33,402 nt of DNA, taken from positions 283,029 to 316,430 of the forward strand of contig JBEIQD010000001.1 of NCBI GenBank assembly GCA_040376695.1. Reading direction: 5' to 3'. A model generated the notes under the pieces. That model saw only the letters and a program-made list of their open reading frames with translations. It made no database searches and was not told the origin of the DNA. Positions 20,047-30,287 of the stretch are shown here, piece after piece. Positions within the stretch are counted from its first letter, which is position 1, and every line of letters starts with the position of its first letter. Source of the DNA: Candidatus Nomurabacteria bacterium. GTDB lineage: Bacteria; Patescibacteriota; Minisyncoccia; Phycocordibacterales; UBA5272. A program made the position numbers and the translations under genes.

Positions 20047-20160
20047 TTTGCCTCGTGCCACAACGCCCTTTCTCCGTAGTACAAGATTTTGTACGCGTCA
20101 GTAGTGCTCGAAAGGTGTGCTCAGGTGTCCAAATCCTGATGTGCCCGATTGGATGTAACA
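20047..20160 (-). promoter_or_regulatory. Putative structured rpsB (S2) leader
   Basis: GC-richer 5' UTR after TGCTAGAAT (-10) with hairpins (CAGG/CCTG, CCTTTC/GAAAGG, GTACAA/TTGTAC) and GGCACAT...GAGGCA ends recalling the E. coli rpsB leader. Confidence 0.45.
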
Positions 20161-20213
20161 GGGATTATTCTAGCACAAAATAGGTGTTTTGTGAATACTG
20201 ATATATCGCCCAA

Positions 20214-21182
20214 TTACTCATCTCCCGCGTCGCCAAACTCCCCTGTAAAGTTCTGCAAAGCATCTACAATAGGCTCCATACTTCCTTCCATAATCTTTGG
20301 GAGTCCGTGCCATGACTGTCCAATTCTATGATCAGTTACGCGGTCTTGTGGAAAGTTGTAGGTACGAATCTTTTCTGATCTGTCCCCTGTTCCGACTTGA
20401 GATTTCTTTTCAGACGCATGCTTTCTATCGTCTTCTTCTTGAGCTAGTTGGTCTAATTTTGCTTGGAGCATTTCAAGTGCACGCTCTTTGTTCTTCAGCT
20501 GAGAACGTTCAATCGTACAACGAATAGCAATACCTGTTGGCTTATGAATAACACGCACAGCTGTTTCCACTTTGTTCACGTTCTGTCCTCCTGCTCCACC
20601 TGAACGAGATGTTTCAAACTCTAAATCTGACGGCGGAATAGTTACTTTTGTATTGGTTCGTAACGGCATCACCGAAACAGTCACCGTTGAAGTATGTACA
20701 CGTCCGTTCTTTTCAGTTTCAGGAATTCTCTGTACGCGATGAACACCAGTTTCAAAACGAAGGGCATCATAAGCATCCTTACCTTTAATCTCAAATGACA
20801 CATCCTTGTACCCTCCAACATCAGATACTGATTCATCAAGTTTGTTCCAACCCCAGCCACGAGTTTCAACATAGTTCTGATACATAAGTGCGAGCTCAGC
20901 AGCAAACAAAGATGATTCATCTCCCCCTGCTCCACCTTGAATTTCAAGAATCATAGCTTTAGGCTTTGCTTCTTCTTCCTTTGCAGCTTCTGCTGTGTCT
21001 TCCATTTGCTTCCACAGCGCCTCTAGTTGAGGTGTAAGCGTTGCCAGCTCAGCTTCTGCTAATTCACGCAAACTTTCATCTGCAAGAAGAGCTTCGGCTT
21101 CTTCTTTAGTAGCAGAAAGGCGCTCATATTCTTGAGCAGTATACATTGTGCGTGGATTTGATTTGAAATCGTCGAGAGTCAT
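20214..21182 (-). CDS. prfA: Peptide chain release factor 1
   Basis: [12 protein letters not shown] (PxT), [30 protein letters not shown]. Confidence 0.96.
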   Translation of the reverse strand: MTLDDFKSNPRTMYTAQEYERLSATKEEAEALLADESLRELAEAELATLTPQLEALWKQMEDTAEAAKEEEAKPKAMILEIQGGAGGDESSLFAAELALMYQNYVETRGWGWNKLDESVSDVGGYKDVSFEIKGKDAYDALRFETGVHRVQRIPETEKNGRVHTSTVTVSVMPLRTNTKVTIPPSDLEFETSRSGGAGGQNVNKVETAVRVIHKPTGIAIRCTIERSQLKNKERALEMLQAKLDQLAQEEDDRKHASEKKSQVGTGDRSEKIRTYNFPQDRVTDHRIGQSWHGLPKIMEGSMEPIVDALQNFTGEFGDAGDE

Positions 21183-21205
21183 GTGTGAAATAATTTTAGC
21201 ATAGA

Positions 21206-21240
21206 AAAAGCGCGAAGAGCTCTAGGCTCTTCGCGCTTTT
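21206..21240 (-). terminator. Intrinsic terminator after rpmE
   Basis: AAAAGCGCGAAGAGC-N5-GCTCTTCGCGCTTTT. Confidence 0.8.
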
Positions 21241-21247
21241 GTCTTCA

Positions 21248-21463
21248 TTACGCCTTCTTTGTAGCAGCTGCTGATCGCTTCTTAAACTTATCAACACGTC
21301 CTGTTGTGTCGAGAACCTTTTCAAGTCCTGTGTAGAAAGGATGGCACGCTGTACAGATTTCAACTGAGATAGTCTCGTGAGTTGAACCAACAGTATAACT
21401 AGCGCCACATGCGCATGTTGCTACCGCGTTTGCATAATATGTTGGGTGAATGTCTGCTTTCAT
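21248..21463 (-). CDS. rpmE: 50S ribosomal protein L31 (Zn-binding C+ type)
   Basis: [29 protein letters not shown]. Confidence 0.97.
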   Translation of the reverse strand: MKADIHPTYYANAVATCACGASYTVGSTHETISVEICTACHPFYTGLEKVLDTTGRVDKFKKRSAAATKKA

Positions 21464-21557
21464 AGTTTTACAATATTAACACATTTATAAGCTTCCTGCA
21501 ATGGGCTTTTAGAGTAGATTTTCTAAGTAAAATTCCCTGGATTCCTTGAAAGGAAAG

Positions 21558-22913
21558 CTATCTCTGAAGCTTATCAATATCCTCCTGAGTTGCGTACATT
21601 TTCTTCATTACGGCGTTTCCGTACCCTGCTCCAGCAGTTGAAGCTGAACAAGCTCTTCCAGAATAGTACTTACATGCAGCATTTCTTTCTGACGCCTCAT
21701 TCCCTGAAACTGCACCTAAATCTTGCAAATACATAGCCATAGCAGTGATAGCATGATATGGATTCCAAGGATTAGCTACGGCAGCTCCTGTTGAGTTCTC
21801 AATTCTTTTTTCAAAAATCTTCCATGTAGAAGGAATAAACTGTGAAGGACCCATGGCCCCACCCCACCCCGTTGGACTTCCTCCGCTGTACATTGCTATC
21901 CAACATGATACAGGTGTTGTATCTGGATCACGCCCAAGACGAGAAGTAAGAGCAAGGAATGGTGGCACGTCTCGAGTTGGACTCATCGTACGAAGCTTCT
22001 CTGCACCAGTTTTAATTGAAATACCAGCCCCTGTATTAGTGTCACGCAGATAGCATGCTCCAACATTAGTTCCCAAAGAAGACTCCTGCATAAGAATCGC
22101 TAACATAAGTGCAGGACGAACCCCTGTTGTTTTGCTTGCAGCAAGTGCAAAATCATACGCCTGTCCGAAAGAAATAGCACTTGTGTCTCGAAGCTCAAAA
22201 AGTCTAGACCTGATTTGAGCTGCTTCTTTTTCACGAGCCGCAAGAACTTTCTTGTACTCTGTTTCTTGATTTTTAGTTTGAGTAAGGAGATTGTTCTTTT
22301 CTTTTTGGTTACTCTCTACTTTTTTTCTCTCAGATTCTTGAGCAAGTTTTTTCTGTGTCTCTTCATCTTTTGCTGTTTCTAGTTCAGATTTTACTTCCTC
22401 AAGCTCATTTTGTGTCGCACGAATATCGGAAAAACTCTGGTTAAGCGCGCGGTTAAGCGTAGAAAAAGAATCTACATCCGAAAAAAAAGTAGAGAGTGAC
22501 TGTGCCTGAAGCCCAAAATCAAGAAGAGAGTATTGTTCTAAGTATCGAGTCTTTCTCATGATTTGAGCAAGTGAATCTTTTTCACGTTCCATCTTTGCAT
22601 CAAGCGTATTAATATTTCTATTTTTCTCAGTAATGTTCTGATTTAATTTTGAAATAGCGGCATCATGAGCTTTTATCTTTAACTTACTTTGATTAATCTT
22701 TTGTGTAAGCAAAGTAATATCTTTTGCCAAAGAGTTTTTCTGAGCTTGTGTTTGTGTAATACTTCCATTGAGCGCCTTAATTTGAGCCTCCAAATCAATA
22801 AGCTCCTGCTCTAACTGTTCACGAGACTGTTGCGCAACAGCTGGTGTTGAATCAATAAACACTATGCCTAAACATACTGTGACAACAATAAAAAATGCCG
22901 TGAGACTTCTCAT
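21558..22913 (-). CDS. Secreted coiled-coil protein with C-terminal lytic transglycosylase (SLT_2/MltB-like) domain
   Basis: Signal peptide, CwlO/EnvC-like coiled coil, MQESSLG (catalytic Glu), GGAMGPSQFIPSTW. Confidence 0.85.
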   Translation of the reverse strand: MRSLTAFFIVVTVCLGIVFIDSTPAVAQQSREQLEQELIDLEAQIKALNGSITQTQAQKNSLAKDITLLTQKINQSKLKIKAHDAAISKLNQNITEKNRNINTLDAKMEREKDSLAQIMRKTRYLEQYSLLDFGLQAQSLSTFFSDVDSFSTLNRALNQSFSDIRATQNELEEVKSELETAKDEETQKKLAQESERKKVESNQKEKNNLLTQTKNQETEYKKVLAAREKEAAQIRSRLFELRDTSAISFGQAYDFALAASKTTGVRPALMLAILMQESSLGTNVGACYLRDTNTGAGISIKTGAEKLRTMSPTRDVPPFLALTSRLGRDPDTTPVSCWIAMYSGGSPTGWGGAMGPSQFIPSTWKIFEKRIENSTGAAVANPWNPYHAITAMAMYLQDLGAVSGNEASERNAACKYYSGRACSASTAGAGYGNAVMKKMYATQEDIDKLQR

Positions 22914-22954
22914 ATATACAGTATAACAAACTACTTTCTGTAATGTGACAAAAA

Positions 22955-22990
22955 TATAAAAAAACGATACTTTCGTATCGTTTTTTTATA
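22955..22990 (-). terminator. Intrinsic terminator after rplY
   Basis: 16-bp perfect inverted repeat TATAAAAAAACGATAC/GTATCGTTTTTTTATA with a GAAA loop on the minus strand. Confidence 0.8.
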
Positions 22991-23000
22991 TAGATATCCC

Positions 23001-23645
23001 TTATTCTGTAGCAACTTCTGCTTCACCCTCTTCCTTCTTACCCTTAGCTTCAACTTCAATAGTTGAAAGGTCAACTTCTGTTGGAGCAGCTTCTGTTTCT
23101 TCAACCGCTTCTGCGATAGATGCAATCACATCATCTGCAGTAATGTGGTAAAGTTCCACACCTGCTGGGAGCTTGATGTCTCCAACCTTAATCACACTAT
23201 CCTTCGCTGTAAGAAGAGCTAGGTCAATAGTGAATTCATGTGGAAGCTTTGATGGCTCGCCTTCAACTGAAAGTTCATGCATTACCTTAACAAGAACACC
23301 TCCTTCCTTAACCGCCTGCGACTCACCGATAAACTCAAGTGGAGTCTTAACGTGAACTTTCTGACCCTTTTCAATAAGATAAAAATCAGCATGGATAGGC
23401 ATTCCCTTTACTGGGTGAACCTGAACATCATGGATCATGGCGTTCTCAGTTCCTGTTGCTGTAACAAGCTCGATAGAACTTGATTCACCAGCCGAAGCAA
23501 GAACCTTCTTAAATTCGATTGCATCGATAAAAACTGAAACAGATGCAGAGTGTGAACCGTAATATACGGCTGGAATAAAACCATCCTTCTTAGTCTCCTT
23601 TCGGGCGCGAGGAACTGTTGTTAATGTAAGCTTAGCTGTTGTCAT
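23001..23645 (-). CDS. rplY: 50S ribosomal protein L25 (long CTC/TL5 form)
   Basis: GFIPAVYYG, DVQVHPV..PIHADF, C-terminal beta domain, acidic tail. Confidence 0.95.
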   Translation of the reverse strand: MTTAKLTLTTVPRARKETKKDGFIPAVYYGSHSASVSVFIDAIEFKKVLASAGESSSIELVTATGTENAMIHDVQVHPVKGMPIHADFYLIEKGQKVHVKTPLEFIGESQAVKEGGVLVKVMHELSVEGEPSKLPHEFTIDLALLTAKDSVIKVGDIKLPAGVELYHITADDVIASIAEAVEETEAAPTEVDLSTIEVEAKGKKEEGEAEVATE

Positions 23646-23690
23646 AGTTTTAGGATTATACCCTATTTAAGGCCTTTTATCAAGCTTTAC

Positions 23691-24770
23691 CTAGTTCCCT
23701 TTAGCGTATCGTCCAACTCGTTTAACAAACGCCTCTGTAGAAGGATATTTGTAGTGATATCCATACATTTCAGTTAATTTAGAGCCGTCCACCGCAATTG
23801 GGTATGAATACCCTTTCCATGATCCACGAGAGGTTGGAACCTTACCTCGGGTGGCATGCCAGAAGAAAAAGAAAGCTAGGCGAGCCATCCAAGGCTGGAT
23901 TGGGAGTGTTCTTTTCCCTACAGCGCGAGCCATATCCTTCCCGAGCACCACTTCCCCTGGAGGACAGATATTAAAGGCTTCATAAATGTCTCCTCGAACC
24001 TCATGATGAAATGTGAGCAATTCAACAATATCATTTACATCATCTTCGTGTATATATTGGCGTAACCACTTAGGAGTAACAGGTACCCAAGATACGAGTG
24101 CAGAAATAACACTGTAAATAAATGATTTACCTTTTAAGGTTCCTGAGAGAGCTGACTGGAGACCAAAACGCACACGATCAATGCGACCACGAGGTCCAGT
24201 GATAGCCGCTGGGCGAACAAGATAAACCTGCCCATGCCACCCTGAAGCTTTTGCCTCCTTGTAACGCTTTTCAAGATTTTCTTCAACCATTCGCTTCTCT
24301 TCTGCATAGTTATAGTCGGTTACCCTGAATGGATCAGTTTCTTTATAGCGATAGTCGATACTATTATCTGGAAACGCCCCATATGAAGCAACTGTTGAGA
24401 AGTACACCAGTCGATGAACTGAAGGGATAGTAAACACTAAATCAAATACATGATTACTTCCATCTATGTTCCATTTTCTTTGGAGCGGAAGATTCCCGTA
24501 AATATCTCTAATTTGCCACGCAGTATGGATGATTGCTGTTGGAGCAAAGTCTCGCGCCTGTTTCATCCATGAACTTTCTGTTTCAGTATTTCCAAGATTA
24601 TCTTGTATATACGAAATCTTATCTTTGTGTGCTGTATTTTTTGTAAGATCAGTTTCGGGCTCTTTGTCTATCAAAAGAATAGCCTCAACATCTTCACGTG
24701 AGGAGAACTGATCTGCGAGCATGGCTCCGATATACCCTGCCCCACCTGTGATAAAAAGTCTCTGTTTCAT
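23691..24770 (-). CDS. NAD-dependent epimerase/dehydratase (extended SDR)
   Basis: TGGAGYIG, HTAW, FSTVASYG, YAEEK. Confidence 0.9.
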   Translation of the reverse strand: MKQRLFITGGAGYIGAMLADQFSSREDVEAILLIDKEPETDLTKNTAHKDKISYIQDNLGNTETESSWMKQARDFAPTAIIHTAWQIRDIYGNLPLQRKWNIDGSNHVFDLVFTIPSVHRLVYFSTVASYGAFPDNSIDYRYKETDPFRVTDYNYAEEKRMVEENLEKRYKEAKASGWHGQVYLVRPAAITGPRGRIDRVRFGLQSALSGTLKGKSFIYSVISALVSWVPVTPKWLRQYIHEDDVNDIVELLTFHHEVRGDIYEAFNICPPGEVVLGKDMARAVGKRTLPIQPWMARLAFFFFWHATRGKVPTSRGSWKGYSYPIAVDGSKLTEMYGYHYKYPSTEAFVKRVGRYAKGN

Positions 24771-24789
24771 ACGCTCAATAGTATCACAC

Positions 24790-26142
24790 CTACATACCAG
24801 TCCTCAGTACAAGAACTCTAAATGTTTTAACCATGATAATAAAATCAAGGAGAAGTGACCTGTTCTTCACATAGTACAAATCATACTGGAGTCTCACTTT
24901 TGTTTCTTCGAGAGAATTCGGCGGCAACTCTTGGTTAACCTGAGCCCACCCAGAAAGTCCTGGTACGATTGTGTAGCGCATCATGTAATATGGAATCTCT
25001 GCAGAAAGTTTCCCTCCATTAGCTAAAATATCTGACCGTGGCCCAACTAAAGAAACATCCCCAATCAGTACATTAATAAGCTGAGGAAACTCGTCCAGTC
25101 GACTCTTGCGTAGAAATGCCCCAACTCGCGTAACTTTATTATTTTTATTTTGTGTAACCCATTCACCTTCATCCGTAAAATCCATGGTACGAATTTTATA
25201 TATATTTACAATCTTTCCTCCACGTCCATAGCGTTTCTGGATACTGAGAAGTGGGCCTTTGTCATCTAGCTTAATTGCCAAATAAATAAACGGAACAAAT
25301 GGTGTATAGAGAAGTAGAACAGGGAGAGCAACCGCAATGTCGATAATACGTTTTGCTGCTTCGTACGCCTGAATATTCAAGTGGACAGATTCAAAAAACC
25401 AAAAATGTCCAATTCCTCTCATGGGCATTTTCTTTAAAACATCCTGGTACACAAGTGCTGCATCAAACACGTGGATCTTCCGCTGAGCAGCTAAATTATA
25501 AAGATATGGTAGTAATTCGCTCACCCGCTCATCACGAATATCAACAACTACTTGGGAAATTCCATTGCGCTCCAATATAGATTTAAGTTGAGTAAGTGTA
25601 TTACCAGAAGCACTATCTTTGAGTGTTACATTTAAATGATCAGCAATATAAAAAGGATAAAATGAATGACTGTTTACTGTTTGCTTTAATTCTTCGTACT
25701 CATCCCCTTCTGCAATTAAAAGTGTCTTAGCGCGGGTGGCGGGATTTAAAACCGAAGGAACAATAAATACTCTCCAAAGAATTGCGAGAACAATATGTAT
25801 AGCTGTATAGAGAACTAGAACAGTCTTTGGGGTAAGTTCTGTAATAGAAGCGAAGAGATAGAAATATCCAAACCCAAGAAGTGCGACAAAAATATGAATA
25901 TTAATAATTCTTGAAAGTTGCTTTAATTTTGTTTGAAATACAGAGAAGTCATAAAAATCAAAACTATAATACATAATCACGAGAATTGCATAAATCGGCA
26001 CAAACAGCTGCGTGTGGATGGTAAGACGCTCGCTTGGCGGAGTATCAAAAAAACGAAGCGTAAGAGCGAGGAAGAGGGCGAGGCTTGCAATAATGGTATC
26101 CCCTGCAAAAAGGGCGACTTGTTTTGACTTAAGTTTCAGCAT
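24790..26142 (-). CDS. Polyprenyl-phosphate glycosylphosphotransferase (WcaJ/WbaP-like)
   Basis: N-terminal TM helices, KRIIDI, KIRTM, TRVGAFLRKSRLDEFPQ, SLVGPR, PGLSGWAQV, DLYYV. Confidence 0.92.
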   Translation of the reverse strand: MLKLKSKQVALFAGDTIIASLALFLALTLRFFDTPPSERLTIHTQLFVPIYAILVIMYYSFDFYDFSVFQTKLKQLSRIINIHIFVALLGFGYFYLFASITELTPKTVLVLYTAIHIVLAILWRVFIVPSVLNPATRAKTLLIAEGDEYEELKQTVNSHSFYPFYIADHLNVTLKDSASGNTLTQLKSILERNGISQVVVDIRDERVSELLPYLYNLAAQRKIHVFDAALVYQDVLKKMPMRGIGHFWFFESVHLNIQAYEAAKRIIDIAVALPVLLLYTPFVPFIYLAIKLDDKGPLLSIQKRYGRGGKIVNIYKIRTMDFTDEGEWVTQNKNNKVTRVGAFLRKSRLDEFPQLINVLIGDVSLVGPRSDILANGGKLSAEIPYYMMRYTIVPGLSGWAQVNQELPPNSLEETKVRLQYDLYYVKNRSLLLDFIIMVKTFRVLVLRTGM

Positions 26143-26175
26143 GCCTTTTGTTACAATGTACTATATCATATACAC

Positions 26176-27294
26176 ATGGAAATAACCAAAACACCACAAA
26201 AAGTGCTTCTTGTCATTACAAAGTCTAATTGGGGTGGTGCTCAAAAGTATGTCCATGACATCGCAACCTCTCTCCAAAAGCAACACATAAGCGTCGCTGT
26301 AGCTCTTGGAGGAAACGGTGAACTTGCGATAAAACTTAGAGACAACGGTGTGCGAGTTATTGAGTTACGGAGACTCAAGAATAACATGAACCCGTTTACG
26401 AGCTTGCTGTCATTTTTCGAACTCATTGCTCTGTACAGAAAAGAAGAACCGACCGTAGTTCATGTAAATAGTTCTAAAGTAGGACTATTTGGAACCATCG
26501 CCGCAAGACTGGTCCGCATCCCTACTATTGTATTTACTGCACACGGGTGGACATTTAATGAAGAAAGGTCAGCTTGGCAAAAAGCATTACTACGAGGTCT
26601 TGCTTATATAACAGTTATCTTTAGTCATACAACTATCTGTGTTTCCAAAAAAACACTTGCCGATTTATACGCACCCCTGTTTATTACAAAAAAATGTCTT
26701 GTTATTCACAATGGCATTACTCCAATTGCATTTAAAGCGCCAACCGCTTTTTATGAGGAGAAACATTGCATGCGAAGAGAAAAAATAACGCTTATCTCTA
26801 TTGGAGAATTACACCCAAGCAAAGGCTTTGACGTTGCTCTTTCATACCTTAAAGATTTACAAGACCTTTCGTGGGAATGGTTCATACTAGGCGAAGGTCA
26901 TGCACGTGCAACCCTAGAAGGGCTCATCAAGAAATATAATCTATCGTCTCGTGTCCATCTTATGGGGCACACCCGAGACGCATCAAGATATCTCTCCGCT
27001 TTTGATGTTTTCTTTTTACCATCAAGAACTGAGGCATTGGCTTATGTTGCTCTTGAAGCACTTCAAACGAACTTACCAATCATTGCAAGTAACGTAGGAG
27101 GGATACCAGAAGTACTTGCCACCGACCCAGGAACAAAACTTGTAGATATTAATGACGAAACCACCCGAGAACTACTGCGAGAAGTATTTACTTCTCCTGT
27201 CAAAAAAATAGACAACTCTCTGAGAAACAATCTTCGAGAAGAGTTCTCACTTGAAAACATGATGCATAAAACTATACAGGTCTACTCCTTATAA
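26176..27294 (+). CDS. GT4 glycosyltransferase
   Basis: GGAQ, TAHGW, IHNGI, PSRTEALAYVALEA (EX7E), VGGIPE. Confidence 0.92.
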   Translation: MEITKTPQKVLLVITKSNWGGAQKYVHDIATSLQKQHISVAVALGGNGELAIKLRDNGVRVIELRRLKNNMNPFTSLLSFFELIALYRKEEPTVVHVNSSKVGLFGTIAARLVRIPTIVFTAHGWTFNEERSAWQKALLRGLAYITVIFSHTTICVSKKTLADLYAPLFITKKCLVIHNGITPIAFKAPTAFYEEKHCMRREKITLISIGELHPSKGFDVALSYLKDLQDLSWEWFILGEGHARATLEGLIKKYNLSSRVHLMGHTRDASRYLSAFDVFFLPSRTEALAYVALEALQTNLPIIASNVGGIPEVLATDPGTKLVDINDETTRELLREVFTSPVKKIDNSLRNNLREEFSLENMMHKTIQVYSL

Positions 27295-27321
27295 AGACAA
27301 TACTGTCATACATAGGTGTAG

Positions 27322-28452
27322 CTATTCTAGTCCCAAGAATTCATTCTTCATGTGATACTTGTGTCCAGCACGAGCATAGGCGTGCATCCCGACCGCCATA
27401 CCAAGCGCAAGACATTCAGCGACAAGATGAGAACCTCCATAACTCATGAGTGGTAAAGGAATTCCTGTTACGGGCATAATACCTATATTCATTCCAATAT
27501 TGATTGCAATGTGTGTGAGAAACCATATTAAAACACCATAGGTAAAGAGAGCCTCAAATGTTGAATCTGCAACGAGAGCATATGAGGCAAGTTTAAATAG
27601 AATCAAAAAATAGAAAAGTAGTAAGAGAATTGCACCTATAAATCCCCACTCTTCAGCGTATGCTGCAAAGATAAAGTCAGTTTTATATTCAGGAAGGAAA
27701 TTAAGACGAGACTGCGTTCCATATCCAATACCTTTTCCTAAAAGTCCACCTGATCCTACGGCAATAGTAGACTGATATGCGTTATATCCCGTCCCCCTAA
27801 TATCTTGAAGTGGATCAATGAAGTTGATAATACGAGCTTTTTGGTATGGCTTAAATACCAAATTCCACGCCAGGAGAAATGATAATAATCCAATCCCAAA
27901 CACGATAAGAAGGTGTTTCTTAGAAATACCCGAGACCAGTACCATGCCGAGCCAAATAGCAAAGAGCACCATAGCTGAACCGAAGTCTGGCTGGAGTACC
28001 ACAAGAATAAATGGGATAAGCGCATACACTCCAGAAACAATAATGTGACGAATGTTTGCAATCTCAACATGGCGGCGAGAGAAGTATTTCGCAAGCACAA
28101 TAATAAGCGCAAGTTTCATAAGATCAGCTGGTTGAAATGAAAATCCTCCGACAGAGAACCATGACTGTGCACCTTTTGCTACACGGCCAAGCACAAACAA
28201 AAGCGACAATATAAAAAGCAGAGATGCATAAATACCCACAACCACTTGAGTCTGTTTAAGAAATCGGTACTCAAACATAGACGCTGCGCAGAAAACTCCT
28301 AAACCGATTGCAATAAACAGCCCCTGCTTCCAAAAATAAGCATCTTGTCCCACGAAAGAACTCATCGTAAGGAGTCCTGCAATGAGCACAAAAAAAAGTG
28401 GAATAAAAAGTGCCGCCTCAATACGTTTGAAAAGAGATAGGAAACTACGCAT
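27322..28452 (-). CDS. rodA: SEDS protein RodA (FtsW/RodA family)
   Basis: GAQSW, FQPADLMK, QPDFG, YQS..AVGSGG..GKG..GTQ..L.FLPE..TDFIF, GIPLPLMSYGGS. Confidence 0.9.
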   Translation of the reverse strand: MRSFLSLFKRIEAALFIPLFFVLIAGLLTMSSFVGQDAYFWKQGLFIAIGLGVFCAASMFEYRFLKQTQVVVGIYASLLFILSLLFVLGRVAKGAQSWFSVGGFSFQPADLMKLALIIVLAKYFSRRHVEIANIRHIIVSGVYALIPFILVVLQPDFGSAMVLFAIWLGMVLVSGISKKHLLIVFGIGLLSFLLAWNLVFKPYQKARIINFIDPLQDIRGTGYNAYQSTIAVGSGGLLGKGIGYGTQSRLNFLPEYKTDFIFAAYAEEWGFIGAILLLLFYFLILFKLASYALVADSTFEALFTYGVLIWFLTHIAINIGMNIGIMPVTGIPLPLMSYGGSHLVAECLALGMAVGMHAYARAGHKYHMKNEFLGLE

Positions 28453-28456
28453 ACCA

Positions 28457-29233
28457 TTAGAGAGATCCTAAAAATGGATCAAGAATTGGGAACACTCGTA
28501 TTCTTGTAGGAGTAATCGAAAATGCTTTATCCCATGTAAACACAACTTCTTTTGTGCCTTCTTTACCAAGAGAAGGCACTATTGTTTGCCCTGCAGCAAA
28601 CACGTTTCCATCAGCATCATACAGCAAAACTCTCACCGGAAGATTCCTTAACTCAATACGTTTTGTATTGATGATTGTTGCATACACTCGTGGAATACTT
28701 CCTGCTTCAAAACGAGAACTTACAATACGAAGCGTAGGTGTAGTTGGTTTTTCAAGAACGGTATAGTGAGGCACGTTAGAAACAATAGTAGCACTCACTG
28801 TAGTCGGAACTTGTGCTAAACGAATATTTTGCGCGATGATTGGGAAATCCCCATCAATAGGAGCAGTAGTGGTGCCTTGTACTCGTATAATTTCTTGAGC
28901 ATCTTTGTTGTATGCAATGAATGTATAAGCAACGCTTCGTGGCGCATTATCAATATTTTTACTCGAGATAAGTGCCGCGAAATCATACGTTGAAGATGAT
29001 GTTGCAAGTGGGCGAGCCCATAACACAGAAAGTGGAATCACTTCTTGTGAGCAACGAAGACTACACGTTCCCCCACAATCAATTCCTGATTCAAAATTAT
29101 TTTGCTTTCCATCGAAACATGTTTGCACTGGGAAAAGTATGCCTCGAAAAAAATAGATACTAGCGAGTATGGCGATAATGATAGTTATTGCGCCATAGAT
29201 TATTTTTCTTTTCTTTGCCCATTCTAAGTTCAT
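28457..29233 (-). CDS. Membrane-anchored hypothetical protein with Cys-rich CxDGxxNxxExGxDCGGxC module and beta-rich ectodomain
   Basis: TM helix followed by TCFDGKQNNFESGIDCGGTCSLRC; start moved to ATG 29233. Confidence 0.75.
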   Translation of the reverse strand: MNLEWAKKRKIIYGAITIIIAILASIYFFRGILFPVQTCFDGKQNNFESGIDCGGTCSLRCSQEVIPLSVLWARPLATSSSTYDFAALISSKNIDNAPRSVAYTFIAYNKDAQEIIRVQGTTTAPIDGDFPIIAQNIRLAQVPTTVSATIVSNVPHYTVLEKPTTPTLRIVSSRFEAGSIPRVYATIINTKRIELRNLPVRVLLYDADGNVFAAGQTIVPSLGKEGTKEVVFTWDKAFSITPTRIRVFPILDPFLGSL

Positions 29234-29271
29234 GTGAGCAGTATAGCAAAAGCAAGAACAGTCTAATAGGA

Positions 29272-29307
29272 AAAGCAAAAACCACCCTTGCGGGTGGTTT
29301 TTGCTTT
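29272..29307 (-). terminator. rRNA operon terminator
   Basis: 16-bp inverted repeat AAAGCAAAAACCACCC/GGGTGGTTTTTGCTTT with a GCAA loop, downstream of 5S. Confidence 0.85.
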
Positions 29308-29347
29308 GTATGTAAAAGCACAGAATCGTTTCATCTTAAGTCCTCAG

Positions 29348-29457
<110 letters not shown>

Positions 29458-29741
29458 CTGAGGACTTAAAATAGAAACACACATGAAAGTTGTAATCAAA
29501 ACGCTAAATGTTATCTCGTGATAATCATGTTTCCTAATAGGATTCGGGTAATTAGTAGTCCTCAGCTAAACACATTGCTGTGCGTACACTTAGACCCTAT
29601 CAACGTAATAGTCTCTTACGACCCTTCAACGAATACTTATCTTGAAGTTGGCTTCCCTCTTAGATGCTTTCAGAGGTTATCCATTCCCGACATAGCTACT
29701 GGGCGATCCGGCTGGCGCCAGAGCCCACACACCAGAGGTCA

Positions 29742-29772
<31 letters not shown>

Positions 29773-29918
29773 ATCTTCTCAATATTCGAACGCCTGCAGA
29801 AGATAGGAAACCAACCTGTCTCACGACGGTTTGAACCCAGCTCACGTATCTTTTTAAATGGCGAACAGCCATACCCTTGGTAGCTTCTCCACCACCAGGA
29901 TAAGATGAGCCGACATCG

Positions 29919-30287
29919 CTGTCGTACTTTGTCTTCCATTACTGGAAGGATCGGACTATATCTTCATCCACCCGATCAAAGGTGGCGTTGGCGTTTTAGC
30001 AATGGATCTTCTCCATCACTCCGTCACTTTGTTAGATTGCAACTACGCGCACTAACGTGACAAGTCTCTACGAGGTTATAAACGTAATCACATTTTTTGA
30101 TGTGCAGCTCTCCATTAAAATGGAGTGATCGCTTTCTTACGTCTAAACTTCCCACGGTATTGCCCTTGTGTTGTTCAGATACAAGGGTTTCACCGTTATA
30201 AGCCAAGAATTTCTCTATACAAATTATTTATTGACGATTGTACATATTGTTGCTACAGGATTACTCCTGACGCACCCCGATATGTTA
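29919..30287 (-). mobile_element. Group I intron at 23S position L2500, 369 nt, no homing endonuclease
   Basis: Interrupts GGCACCU^CGAUGUCGG; ends in G; P1 GCACCU/GGGUGC with U-G wobble; P10 AUAUCG/CGAUGU; P, Q, R and S-like elements (AACGGUGAAACC, AAUACCGUGGGAAG, GUAGAGACU, AAGAUAUAGUCC). Confidence 0.93.
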
